From: Clostridia bacterium
GTDB taxonomy: Bacteria > Bacillota > Clostridia > Oscillospirales > CAG-272
Direction of reading: 5' to 3'
DNA length: 50,306 nt
Assembly: GCA_017454525.1 (NCBI GenBank)
Contig: JAFTCT010000104.1
Coordinates: forward strand, 1-50,306
Shown one piece after another: positions 1 through 8,164 of this stretch. The position numbers were made by a program, and so were the translations under genes. The notes under the pieces were generated by a model. That model did no database searches and was not told the origin of the DNA. It saw nothing but the letters and a program-made list of their open reading frames with translations. Each line of letters begins with the position of its first letter. Position 1 is the stretch's first letter.

Positions 1-104
1 CACGCCTCGGTTTTGTCATATTGTTAGACAATAAGCGTTCGCCTGTCCGGACAAAACCGCAAAAGTCGCGCAAAACGGACGGGATCCCGACCATCCGTTT
101 TGCG

Positions 105-139
105 GGGGCTGCTCATTTGCAGGCAAATGAAACAGCCCC
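105..139. repeat. REP-like palindrome, copy 1 (GGGGCTGCTCATTTGC-AG-GCAAATGAAACAGCCCC)
   Basis: Imperfect inverted repeat; same family as 32350-32394 and 39946-39989. Flanked by further hairpins at 8-59, 69-104 and 156-180. Confidence 0.75.
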
Positions 140-187
140 TTGTTTTTTTGTTTTGGGGGCTTTCTTAACGCGACAGCCCCGTTTTTT

Positions 188-2671
188 TCAGGTCGCAGAC
201 GCGAGATAATCGAGCAGCATCGTGACGTCGCGGATCGTGAGACGTCCGTTCCTGTCGGGGTCGACGGGCAGCGTGCCGCCGTCGGAAAGCGCGTCCAGTA
301 AAGCGGCGACGTCGTCGATCGTCACGCTGCCCGAGCCGTCGGCGTCATAGTCTGCGGGATCGGCGGGCTCGTCATTGATATCGGTGAAAAGCGCGGCGTC
401 AAAGGCGTCGTTATAGTTCGATCTGTGCGCTGCCTTTAAGAATTCTTCCTTTGTCTGATCGGTCAGGACGACCTTCTGAAGACAGCCGCAGGAATACACG
501 GCGCCCTGAGCGATCGCGCGGATCTTGTGGCGGAAGACGATCGTACAGACCGGCGAATAGGAGAAGGCGTCGACGCCGAGCGTCGCGACGTCCTTGCCGC
601 AGTCGATGCAGGAGAGTTCCGAGAACTGCGAGAAGGCGCGCGCCCCGACCGTGGTGATGCCGTCTCCGATGACCAGTTTCGTGACTTCCTCCGAATACTG
701 CGCCCAGGGCGCGGAGAAAGCGTCTGCAAAGTTCGGGATCGCGCCGCTGCCGGTGACGGTCAGCACGCCGTCGTGCAGCGACCACGCGCCTTTTTTCCAG
801 GTGCCTTCGGCGCGCACCGACGGATCCTCCGTTTCCGCGGCGGAAACCGCGGCGTTTTTATAGTTCTCGTTCCCCTCTTTTACGGACGCCGCCGCAAGGA
901 AGTCCTCGGCGGTCTGTCCCGTGACCGTGACGGTCTCGATCCCCGCCGAAGCGGACACCGTTCCCTTGCCGACCGTCGAGACGGGTCCCGCGAAAGCGAT
1001 CGATTTCAAGGAGGGATCGCTCGAGAACGCGCCGTCGCCGACGGCTCTCACGTCCTTGCCGCAGAGGACCGCCGCCAGTTCCGGAAGGTGCGAGAACGCG
1101 CCGGCGCCGACGGAGGTGACGCCGTTCTCGATCACGACCTTGGTGATCTGATCGGAAAGGCTCTCCCAGGGTCTGTCGGCCGCGTCGTCGGCGTAGCTGT
1201 CCATCGCGCCCTTGCCCCACACGGTCAGCGTGCCGTAGAAGAAGTTCCAGCCGCCGCCGCTCCAGGTCCCGCCGCGTTCCGGCTCGAGAAGATAACTCTT
1301 GTTCGTCCGGTAACCGATCTCGTCGCCGATATCCGAGAGGATCGAGACCGTCTGTCCGTTCTTTTTCAGTTCGATCTTCTCAAGGGTCGTGACGGCGTTC
1401 TGCTTCATGCCGGTCACGTTGATCCCCCAGATATAATCGTCGGGGGATTTGCCTGCAGGGAGTCTGCCGATCAGTCCGTCGAATCCGACCGTGATGACGC
1501 CGGTCGCGATACCGCTCTTCTTTCCCTTATAGTTGAGCGTCAGTTCCTTCGAACAGTTCGGTCTGTGCCGCCAGTAGGTGAACATATAGGGCTGATAATA
1601 GACGGTCGATCCGGTCGCGCGGTCCCTGCCGGTCAGCGTGACTGACAGTGCGTCGCGGTCGGAAGACGTCGCGGTGATCTCGGCGCAGAGACCGGTTTCG
1701 CCGATCTGAAGGCCGGTCTTCCAGTCGAGGAATACCACCTGGTCCATCGTCCAGGTGCGGTTTGAAGCGTTCAGCGCGGGGAATTCCGACTGATCCTTGC
1801 CGTTGAAGGCGTCGTACATCATCCAGATGTATCCGTCGTTATACCAGCCGGTGCCCCAGGAATTGGCGAGTTTGAAAGCGCCCTTCAGCGTCACGCCGTT
1901 CTTTTTGCAGGTGATGCTGTCGTCGTAACCGACGATCGAAACCTGGTGACCGCCGCTCATCTCGCCCGTGGAATAGGCGATGGCGACCTCTCCCGCCTTG
2001 CCGTACGTGCCGGTGTCGGCAAGAGCGACGGGCGGTTCGTTGACCCAGGCGCTGGGATAGCCGCCGGTGACCACGACGTTGCCGTCGCGCAGCGCCGTCT
2101 TGATGCGTTCGATCAGCGCTTTGCCTGTCTGCGACGAGGTGACTTTGTAATCGGGGCAGACCGAATTGATCCAGATCTGATCGTAGGCCTTTACTCTGAA
2201 ATTACGCGCGTCGGTCCAGACGCCGGGCGTCGCGCCCCAGTCCTTGGCGAGCATGTTGTCGTAGGCATAGCCCGTCGGACCGCCCGAAAAGGGCATCACG
2301 TCCTGCGTGGGGCAGCCCTGCTCCTTTAAGATCTCATAGACCCACGCCGTGCCGGCGCCCGCGAGATTGTACGTGAAGCGGGGCGAGAAGCAGTATCTCG
2401 GATCGCCGCTCGAGGGATTCCAGTCGATCGAGGGATCGATACTGTGCAGATAGCGCGAAACGGCGTTGGTGAACTGCATATAGGTGATCGACATCGACGC
2501 GCAGCAGCCGACCTGCCCCTGATTGCCGATCGGCGGCAGGTGGACGGTCGTCGTCAGATCGACGGCGTCGGGCAGACCGTCCGCGTAGACGCCCGCCCCG
2601 AAGGGCAGAACGCCGGTGAACGTGAAAACCGTGAAGAGGATCGCCAGAACGGCGGAAAGCGCTTTTTTCAT
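188..2671 (-). CDS. Secreted papain-like (C1A-type) cysteine peptidase with two BspA-type LRR modules and a C-terminal dockerin
   Basis: Start reassigned to MKKALSAVLAILF (signal peptide, GAGG upstream). Motifs NQGQVGCCAS, GGHQVSIVGYDD and ANSWG give Gln/Cys/His/Asn. LRRs GVTSVGAGAF and GITTVGARAF; duplicated Ca-loop/helix DADGSGSVTIDDV...DPDRNGRLTIRDV. Confidence 0.85.
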   Translation of the reverse strand: MKKALSAVLAILFTVFTFTGVLPFGAGVYADGLPDAVDLTTTVHLPPIGNQGQVGCCASMSITYMQFTNAVSRYLHSIDPSIDWNPSSGDPRYCFSPRFTYNLAGAGTAWVYEILKEQGCPTQDVMPFSGGPTGYAYDNMLAKDWGATPGVWTDARNFRVKAYDQIWINSVCPDYKVTSSQTGKALIERIKTALRDGNVVVTGGYPSAWVNEPPVALADTGTYGKAGEVAIAYSTGEMSGGHQVSIVGYDDSITCKKNGVTLKGAFKLANSWGTGWYNDGYIWMMYDAFNGKDQSEFPALNASNRTWTMDQVVFLDWKTGLQIGETGLCAEITATSSDRDALSVTLTGRDRATGSTVYYQPYMFTYWRHRPNCSKELTLNYKGKKSGIATGVITVGFDGLIGRLPAGKSPDDYIWGINVTGMKQNAVTTLEKIELKKNGQTVSILSDIGDEIGYRTNKSYLLEPERGGTWSGGGWNFFYGTLTVWGKGAMDSYADDAADRPWESLSDQITKVVIENGVTSVGAGAFSHLPELAAVLCGKDVRAVGDGAFSSDPSLKSIAFAGPVSTVGKGTVSASAGIETVTVTGQTAEDFLAAASVKEGNENYKNAAVSAAETEDPSVRAEGTWKKGAWSLHDGVLTVTGSGAIPNFADAFSAPWAQYSEEVTKLVIGDGITTVGARAFSQFSELSCIDCGKDVATLGVDAFSYSPVCTIVFRHKIRAIAQGAVYSCGCLQKVVLTDQTKEEFLKAAHRSNYNDAFDAALFTDINDEPADPADYDADGSGSVTIDDVAALLDALSDGGTLPVDPDRNGRLTIRDVTMLLDYLASAT

Positions 2672-2687
2672 ATCCTGACCTCTTTTT

Positions 2688-2927
2688 TCAATCGGCAAGA
2701 ACGGTCACGCGGTTGCTGAAGAGTTCGGTAAAGAAGTCGACGATCCAGGCGATGAAGTTGCCGACGCCGGTCACCAGGCAGAGGATGCCGATGATCAGGG
2801 TGACGACGTTCTTCGTCTCCACGAAACGGATGATGCGGTATACGCCGCTGATGACGTAGCCGAAGAAGAACTGAAGAATGAGTTTGACGATCTTCGGAAG
2901 GGATTCGTACTGTTCGGTGATTTTCAT
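2688..2927 (-). CDS. Small (79 aa) hydrophobic membrane protein
   Basis: C-terminal part of ORF 2688..3731. GGAGG RBS before ATG 2927; hydrophobic segments; stop 16 nt before the peptidase start. Confidence 0.75.
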   Translation of the reverse strand: MKITEQYESLPKIVKLILQFFFGYVISGVYRIIRFVETKNVVTLIIGILCLVTGVGNFIAWIVDFFTELFSNRVTVLAD

Positions 2928-2967
2928 GCGGTTTTCCTCCTTTGTCCTGAACAGAAACTGTAACGGA

Positions 2968-2996
2968 ATTCTAACACTTTTTTGAAGAATTGTCAA
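2968..2996 (-). promoter_or_regulatory. SigA-type promoter for the small membrane protein/peptidase pair
   Basis: TTGACA-17 nt-TAGAAT with extended TG on the minus strand. Confidence 0.65.
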
Positions 2997-3015
2997 GGGA
3001 GAATGGGAAAAGATA

Positions 3016-3044
3016 TTGACTTTATCGGGGAAGTGTAGTACAAT
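3016..3044 (+). promoter_or_regulatory. SigA-type promoter for serC-serA
   Basis: TTGACT-17 nt-TACAAT upstream of a GGAGG RBS. Confidence 0.65.
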
Positions 3045-3086
3045 ACATTCAAATAAACCCCAAACTGTTTTCGGAGGTAAAAAGTC

Positions 3087-4178
3087 ATGGGCAGAGTTTA
3101 TAATTTTTCGGCAGGTCCGTCGATGCTTCCCGTGGAAGTGCTTGAGAAGTGCGCTTCTCAGATGATGGACTATGAAGGTTCCGGTATGTCGGTGATGGAG
3201 ATGAGCCACCGCTCTCCCGTCTACGACAAGATCATCAAGGACGCGGAGGCAGCCCTTCGCAGAGTGATGAGCATTCCCGACAACTACAAGGTGCTCTTCA
3301 TCCAGGGCGGCGCGTCGCAGGTCTTCGCGAGCGTTCCGCTCAACCTGCTGCCGGTCGGCGGCACGGCGGACTATATCGTCTCCGGCTCCTTCTCGGGCAA
3401 GGCGTACAAGGAAGGTCTCAAATACGGCGCCGTCCGTGAAGTCGCCACGTCGAAAGCCGACAACTTCACGTACGTTCCCTACGTATCGAGAGAACAGTTC
3501 AATCCCGAAGCCGCCTACGTGCATATCTGCTATAACAATACCATTTACGGCACGAAATTCCATTACGTGCCCGACACCGGCGATATCCCGCTGGTCGCCG
3601 ATATGTCCTCCTGCATCCTTTCCGAGCCGGTCGACGTGACGAAATTCGGCGTGATCTACGCGGGCGCGCAGAAGAATATGGCGCCCGCCGGTCTGACCGT
3701 CGTCATCGTTCGCGAGGACCTTCTGGGTCACGCGCGTCCCGAATGCCCCACGATGCTCGACTGGAAGATCGCCGCGGACAACGGATCGATGTACAATACG
3801 CCTCCGACCTACCCGATCTACGTCGCCGGCCTCGTGTTCGACTGGATCGAAAACACCGTGGGCGGTCTTCAGAAGATGTACGAGCGCAACAAGGCGAAAG
3901 CCGACCTGCTGTACGACTATCTCGACAGCCAGGACTACTACAAGGTCGTCGTGCGGAAGGAGAACCGTTCAATGATGAACGTCACCTTCAATTCGGGAGA
4001 TCCCGATATCGACGCCAAGTTCGCCAAGGAATCGAAGGCCGCAGGCATGACCAACCTCAAGGGTCACCGCTCCACCGGCGGTATGCGCGCGTCGATCTAC
4101 AACGCGATGCCGATCGAAGGCGTGAAGTACCTCATCGAGTTCATGAAGAAGTTCGCCGCCGAGAACCCCAAGAAGTAA
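3087..4178 (+). CDS. serC: Phosphoserine aminotransferase
   Basis: YNFSAGPS, MEMSHRS, GAQKN (PLP Lys), NTPP, GHRSTGGMRASIYNA. Confidence 0.97.
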   Translation: MGRVYNFSAGPSMLPVEVLEKCASQMMDYEGSGMSVMEMSHRSPVYDKIIKDAEAALRRVMSIPDNYKVLFIQGGASQVFASVPLNLLPVGGTADYIVSGSFSGKAYKEGLKYGAVREVATSKADNFTYVPYVSREQFNPEAAYVHICYNNTIYGTKFHYVPDTGDIPLVADMSSCILSEPVDVTKFGVIYAGAQKNMAPAGLTVVIVREDLLGHARPECPTMLDWKIAADNGSMYNTPPTYPIYVAGLVFDWIENTVGGLQKMYERNKAKADLLYDYLDSQDYYKVVVRKENRSMMNVTFNSGDPDIDAKFAKESKAAGMTNLKGHRSTGGMRASIYNAMPIEGVKYLIEFMKKFAAENPKK

Positions 4179-4252
4179 CCGAAACAGAGAATGAAGACCC
4201 GGGCGGCAGATCGTAAGAAATGCCGCCCGCAATAACGAAAGGATCACGCAAA

Positions 4253-5392
4253 ATGAAAAATATACTTTTGATGAACAAGATCGCCAAGTGCGGCACCGCG
4301 CTCTTCTCCTCCGATTATACCGTTTCCGATTCCGTCGCTTCGCCCGCCGGCATCATGGTGCGTTCGGCTTCGCTGCTCGACGCGCAGTTCGATCCTTCCC
4401 TTGAAGCGATCGCAAGAGCGGGCGCGGGCGTGAACAATATCCCCTGCGACCGCTGCGCGGAAGAGGGGATCGTCGTCTTCAACACCCCCGGCGCCAACGC
4501 CAACGCCGTCAAGGAACTCGCTCTCTGCGCGCTCTTCCTCGCGTCCCGCGACGTCGTGGGCGGCGTCAACTGGGCGTCCACGCTCACGGGGCACGAGCTC
4601 GGCGTCGCCAAAGCCGTTGAGAAGGGCAAATCGGCGTTCGGCGGAAACGAGATCATGGGCAAGACCCTCGGCATCATCGGACTGGGCGCGATCGGCAGAC
4701 TGCTCGCCAACGCCGCCGTGGCGCTTGGCATGAAGGTCGTCGGGTGCGATCCCTACCTTTCGGAAGCAGCCGCAAAGCAGCTCGATCCGTCGGTCGAACG
4801 CCTCGGGACCTTCGAGGACGTCTACGCCGCTTCCGATTACGTCACGCTCCACGTCCCGGCAACGCCCGAGACCAAGGGCATGATCAACGCCGCGAGCATC
4901 GCGAAGATGAAGGACGGCGTGAAGATCCTCAATCTCGCGCGCGCGGACCTCGTCAACGCTTCGGATCTCAAAGCGGCGCTCGCCGAAGGAAAAGTCAAAA
5001 AGTACGTCACCGACTTCCCGACGGAAGAGACGATCAACGTGCCGGGTATCGTCGCGATCCCCCACCTCGGCGCCTCCTCCGAAGAAGCGGAGGACAACTG
5101 CGCCGTCATGGCGGCAAAGGAACTCATCGACTTCCTTGAAAACGGCAATATCAGAAACAGCGTCAACTATCCCGCCGTGTCCGCGCCCAGAGCGGGCAAG
5201 TTCCGCGTCTGCGTGCTTGCCGCCGCTGACGCGGAATGCGCGAAGATCGCCGCCCTCGTGCCCGGCGCGAAAGCGTCCGCCTTCGCGGCGAAGAAATCGG
5301 CGTACGTCATCGTCGATACCGACGCCGATCCCGCGCCCGCGCTCGACGCGATCAGAGCGCTGCCGGGCGTGCGCAGAGTGCTGGTGAAATGA
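4253..5392 (+). CDS. serA: D-3-phosphoglycerate dehydrogenase
   Basis: ARAGAGVNNI, NTPGANANAV, GLGAIG Rossmann motif, PHLGAS; adjacent to serC. Start set at MKNILL after AAGGA. Confidence 0.93.
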   Translation: MKNILLMNKIAKCGTALFSSDYTVSDSVASPAGIMVRSASLLDAQFDPSLEAIARAGAGVNNIPCDRCAEEGIVVFNTPGANANAVKELALCALFLASRDVVGGVNWASTLTGHELGVAKAVEKGKSAFGGNEIMGKTLGIIGLGAIGRLLANAAVALGMKVVGCDPYLSEAAAKQLDPSVERLGTFEDVYAASDYVTLHVPATPETKGMINAASIAKMKDGVKILNLARADLVNASDLKAALAEGKVKKYVTDFPTEETINVPGIVAIPHLGASSEEAEDNCAVMAAKELIDFLENGNIRNSVNYPAVSAPRAGKFRVCVLAAADAECAKIAALVPGAKASAFAAKKSAYVIVDTDADPAPALDAIRALPGVRRVLVK

Positions 5393-5443
5393 TCCGCTGA
5401 ATGTCCGCGGCGAACGCCGGGCGGAGTTTTTTAACGCCGCGGG

Positions 5444-6718
5444 TCATACGGGCGGCGCCTCGCCCGGAAAACCCGCCGAGTCGTCGAAGTTTCCGGGGCG
5501 CAGCCGGTGCCCCAGCGGGTGGTCGGCGGTGAGATCGGGATGCATGAAGCAGAGCGCGCCGCCGATGATCTGTATGCCGTAGCGGGCGCGCAGGGCGTCG
5601 ACGGTCTTTTCGAGCTGCTCTCTTCTGGCGGTGACGGCCGAGTCGTCCAAAAAGGAGAGCTGCATTGAGGAGGAGGGGACGAGCTGCTGCGCGGTGACGC
5701 CGAAGCCGCGGTAGGAGGCGCCGGGATCGCGGACGCGCAGGAAGAGGGGATACGCGGTCTCGAAGAGGCGGGAAGCGAGTTCCGTGCTTTCGGCAAGCTG
5801 CGCGCGGAAGGAGCGGAAGGAGAGGTCGGTGAAGCGCAGGTGGAGCGTGAGCGTCCTGCATCTCATACCGTGGCGGCGCAGGCGCGTGGCGACGCTGTCG
5901 CAGAGCATATACAGCACGGTGCGCGCCTCGTCCGGATCGTGGACGTCGCGCGGGCAGGTGACGGTATTGCCGACGCTTTCGGGCGGGCGGCGATAGGAGT
6001 CGTGGGCGACGGGGGTCGGATCGACGCCGCAGGCGCGCTCGCGCAGCGTCAGTCCCGGTTTTCCGAAATACTTTCCCAGAACGGCGGGGTCGGCATTCGC
6101 GATCCCGCCGATCGTGTCGATGCCGAAAATGCGGAGTTTTTCCGCGGTGGATCTGCCCACGAAGAGCATATCCTCGACCGGCAGCGGCCAGAGAAGTTCT
6201 CTGAAATTTTCGCGGGTGACGTGCGTCGAGGCGTCGGGCTTTTTGTAATCGCTGCCCATTTTTGCAAAGAATTTATTGAAGGAGATCCCGGCGGAGACGG
6301 TCAGACCGAGTTCGCTGCGCGCCAGCGCCCGCAGTTCGTTTGCGATCTTCACGCCGTCGCCCGCAAGGGAAGCGCTTTCGCTGACGTCCAGCCAGCATTC
6401 GTCGATGCCGAAACTCTCGATGCGGTCGGTGTAGCGGCGGTAGAAATCGCGCATGGCATTTGAATAGACGGTGTATTTGCCGTAATGCGCGGGCAGGAGG
6501 ATCAGCCCGCGGCATTTCGCCCGCGCGGTGACGATCGGCTCGCCGGTTTTGACGCCCGATCTTTTGGCGATATCGTTCTTCGCCAGTATGATGCCGTGCC
6601 GCTTTTCGGGGTCGCCGCAGACGGCGACGGGGCGCGCTTTCAGGTCGGGCCTGCTCAGACATTCCACGGAAGCGAAAAAGTTGTTGAGGTCGCAGTGCAG
6701 GATCGTGCGCTCTTCCAC
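5444..6718 (-). CDS. dinB: DNA polymerase IV (Y-family)
   Basis: ILHCDLNNFFASVE, FGIDECWLD, AKMGSDYKKPD. GTG start after AAGGAGG; LexA boxes upstream. Confidence 0.95.
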   Translation of the reverse strand: MEERTILHCDLNNFFASVECLSRPDLKARPVAVCGDPEKRHGIILAKNDIAKRSGVKTGEPIVTARAKCRGLILLPAHYGKYTVYSNAMRDFYRRYTDRIESFGIDECWLDVSESASLAGDGVKIANELRALARSELGLTVSAGISFNKFFAKMGSDYKKPDASTHVTRENFRELLWPLPVEDMLFVGRSTAEKLRIFGIDTIGGIANADPAVLGKYFGKPGLTLRERACGVDPTPVAHDSYRRPPESVGNTVTCPRDVHDPDEARTVLYMLCDSVATRLRRHGMRCRTLTLHLRFTDLSFRSFRAQLAESTELASRLFETAYPLFLRVRDPGASYRGFGVTAQQLVPSSSMQLSFLDDSAVTARREQLEKTVDALRARYGIQIIGGALCFMHPDLTADHPLGHRLRPGNFDDSAGFPGEAPPV

Positions 6719-6743
6719 CGGCGCTCCCTCCTTTCCGGAAAAA

Positions 6744-6792
6744 CGAACAAATGTTCTGTTATCAGTATAGCACGGGAACAAACGTTTGTCAA
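6744..6792 (-). promoter_or_regulatory. dinB promoter with two Gram-positive LexA (SOS) boxes
   Basis: TTGACA (6792-6787)-17 nt-TATACT (6769-6764). CGAACAAATGTTCT at 6744-6757 and GAACAAACGTTT at 6776-6787 match GAAC-N4-GTTC. Confidence 0.85.
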
Positions 6793-6845
6793 CAGGAAAA
6801 GAAAAAATATTTTGGCAGAAGAAAGCGCAAAGCGCGCAAAACCTG

Positions 6846-6874
6846 TTGCACAAAAATGAAAAGAATGGTATAAT
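6846..6874 (+). promoter_or_regulatory. SigA-type promoter for dut-HAD
   Basis: TTGCAC-17 nt-TATAAT with extended TG. Confidence 0.6.
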
Positions 6875-6929
6875 GAAAAAGACGGGCGGTCCTTCGCCCG
6901 GCAAATCCTATTTGAAAGAGAGCGCACAA

Positions 6930-7370
6930 ATGGAGAAGGTGTTCGTCAAAATACTGCGCGAAGGCGCGACGCTTCCGCGCTATGCAAACGGCTTTGCCGC
7001 GGGGGCGGATCTCTACGCCTGCCTTGAAAACGAACTGACGGTCATGCCCGGAGAGACCGTCAAGGTGCCGACCGGGATCGCCGTCGAACTGCCGCTGAAC
7101 ACCGTGGGACTGATCTGCGCCCGCTCGGGTCTGGCGGTGAAGAAGGGACTTGCGCCCGCCAACAAGGTCGGGGTGATCGACTGCGATTACCGCGGCGAGA
7201 TCCTCGTCGCGATCTACAATCAGAGCGCGTCGCCGCAGAGCATCCTGCCGGGCGAGCGCGTTGCGCAGATGATCGTCGCGCCCTATATCCCCGCGGTATT
7301 CGAAACGCGGGACGAACTCTCCGCGACCGATCGCGGCGAGGGGGGCTTCGGCTCCACGGGCAGAACATGA
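6930..7370 (+). CDS. dut: dUTP diphosphatase
   Basis: AGADL, RSGLA, GVIDCDYRGEI, ERVAQ, RGEGGFGSTG (motifs I-V). Confidence 0.96.
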   Translation: MEKVFVKILREGATLPRYANGFAAGADLYACLENELTVMPGETVKVPTGIAVELPLNTVGLICARSGLAVKKGLAPANKVGVIDCDYRGEILVAIYNQSASPQSILPGERVAQMIVAPYIPAVFETRDELSATDRGEGGFGSTGRT

Positions 7371-8092
7371 GGGCGTGGTTTTTCGATCTGGACGGGACGC
7401 TCTATATCGACGGCGGCATATCCGACGCCTGCCGCGGCGCTTTGGAAGCCCTGCGCGCGGCGGGCGACGCCGTGATCCTCAACACCGGGCGCTCCCCCGG
7501 CTTTCTGCCGGAGGGCGTGCGGGACGATCCGGTCTTCGACGGGATGATCTGCGGCTCGGTCTACGTTACCCTGAAGGGTGAAGAGCTGCTGAACAAGTCG
7601 CTGTCCTTGAAGATCCTCGAAAACGTGGCGGCATGGGCGAAACGCACCGGGAAGACCGCCGTGTTCGAGGGGCTGTACGAGAATTTCTCCCTCAACGGCG
7701 CGCTGCCCGACGCCTCTGAGATCTTTACGCGCCCGACGCTTCCGCCGATCACGAAGATCACGATGTGGTGCGACCCGGAGAACGTCCCTCAAAAGGATTT
7801 CCCGGGCCTGCGCATCCTGCATTTCCCGACCTATGCCGAAGGGATCCTCGCGGGCTACGACAAGAGCACAGGGATGCAGATGATCCTCGATAAACTCGGC
7901 TTGCAAAGATCGAACGCCGTCGCCTTCGGCGACAGCGAAAACGACCGCGATATGCTGCTCTACGCCGGAAAAGCCGTCTGTATGCGCACGGCGCCGCGCG
8001 ATTTTGACGGTTTCTGCGTGTACAGATGCAAGGAGAAGGACGGCGTTCCGGAGGGGATCGGCGTACTTTTCCCGCGCCTTTGCGGCGATTGA
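7367..8092 (+). CDS. Cof-type HAD hydrolase
   Basis: FDLDGTL, NTGR, K, FGDSENDRDML motifs; ATGA overlap with dut. Confidence 0.9.
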   Translation: MRAWFFDLDGTLYIDGGISDACRGALEALRAAGDAVILNTGRSPGFLPEGVRDDPVFDGMICGSVYVTLKGEELLNKSLSLKILENVAAWAKRTGKTAVFEGLYENFSLNGALPDASEIFTRPTLPPITKITMWCDPENVPQKDFPGLRILHFPTYAEGILAGYDKSTGMQMILDKLGLQRSNAVAFGDSENDRDMLLYAGKAVCMRTAPRDFDGFCVYRCKEKDGVPEGIGVLFPRLCGD

Positions 8093-8116
8093 CCGTTTTT
8101 TGAAACGTTTTACAGG

Positions 8117-8164
8117 AAAACAGGGCGTTCTGACCGGCGAAAGCCGTTCGGAACGTCCTGTTTT
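8117..8164. terminator. Bidirectional terminator between the convergent HAD and spoIIE genes
   Basis: AAAACAGGGCGTTCTGACCGGC-GAAA-GCCGTTCGGAACGTCCTGTTTT imperfect hairpin with A/T tails. Confidence 0.7.

Noticed and set aside
2928-3731. N-terminal 268 codons of ORF 2688..3731
   Set aside because: They lie antisense to serC and its promoter; only the last 79 codons have an RBS and protein-like character.
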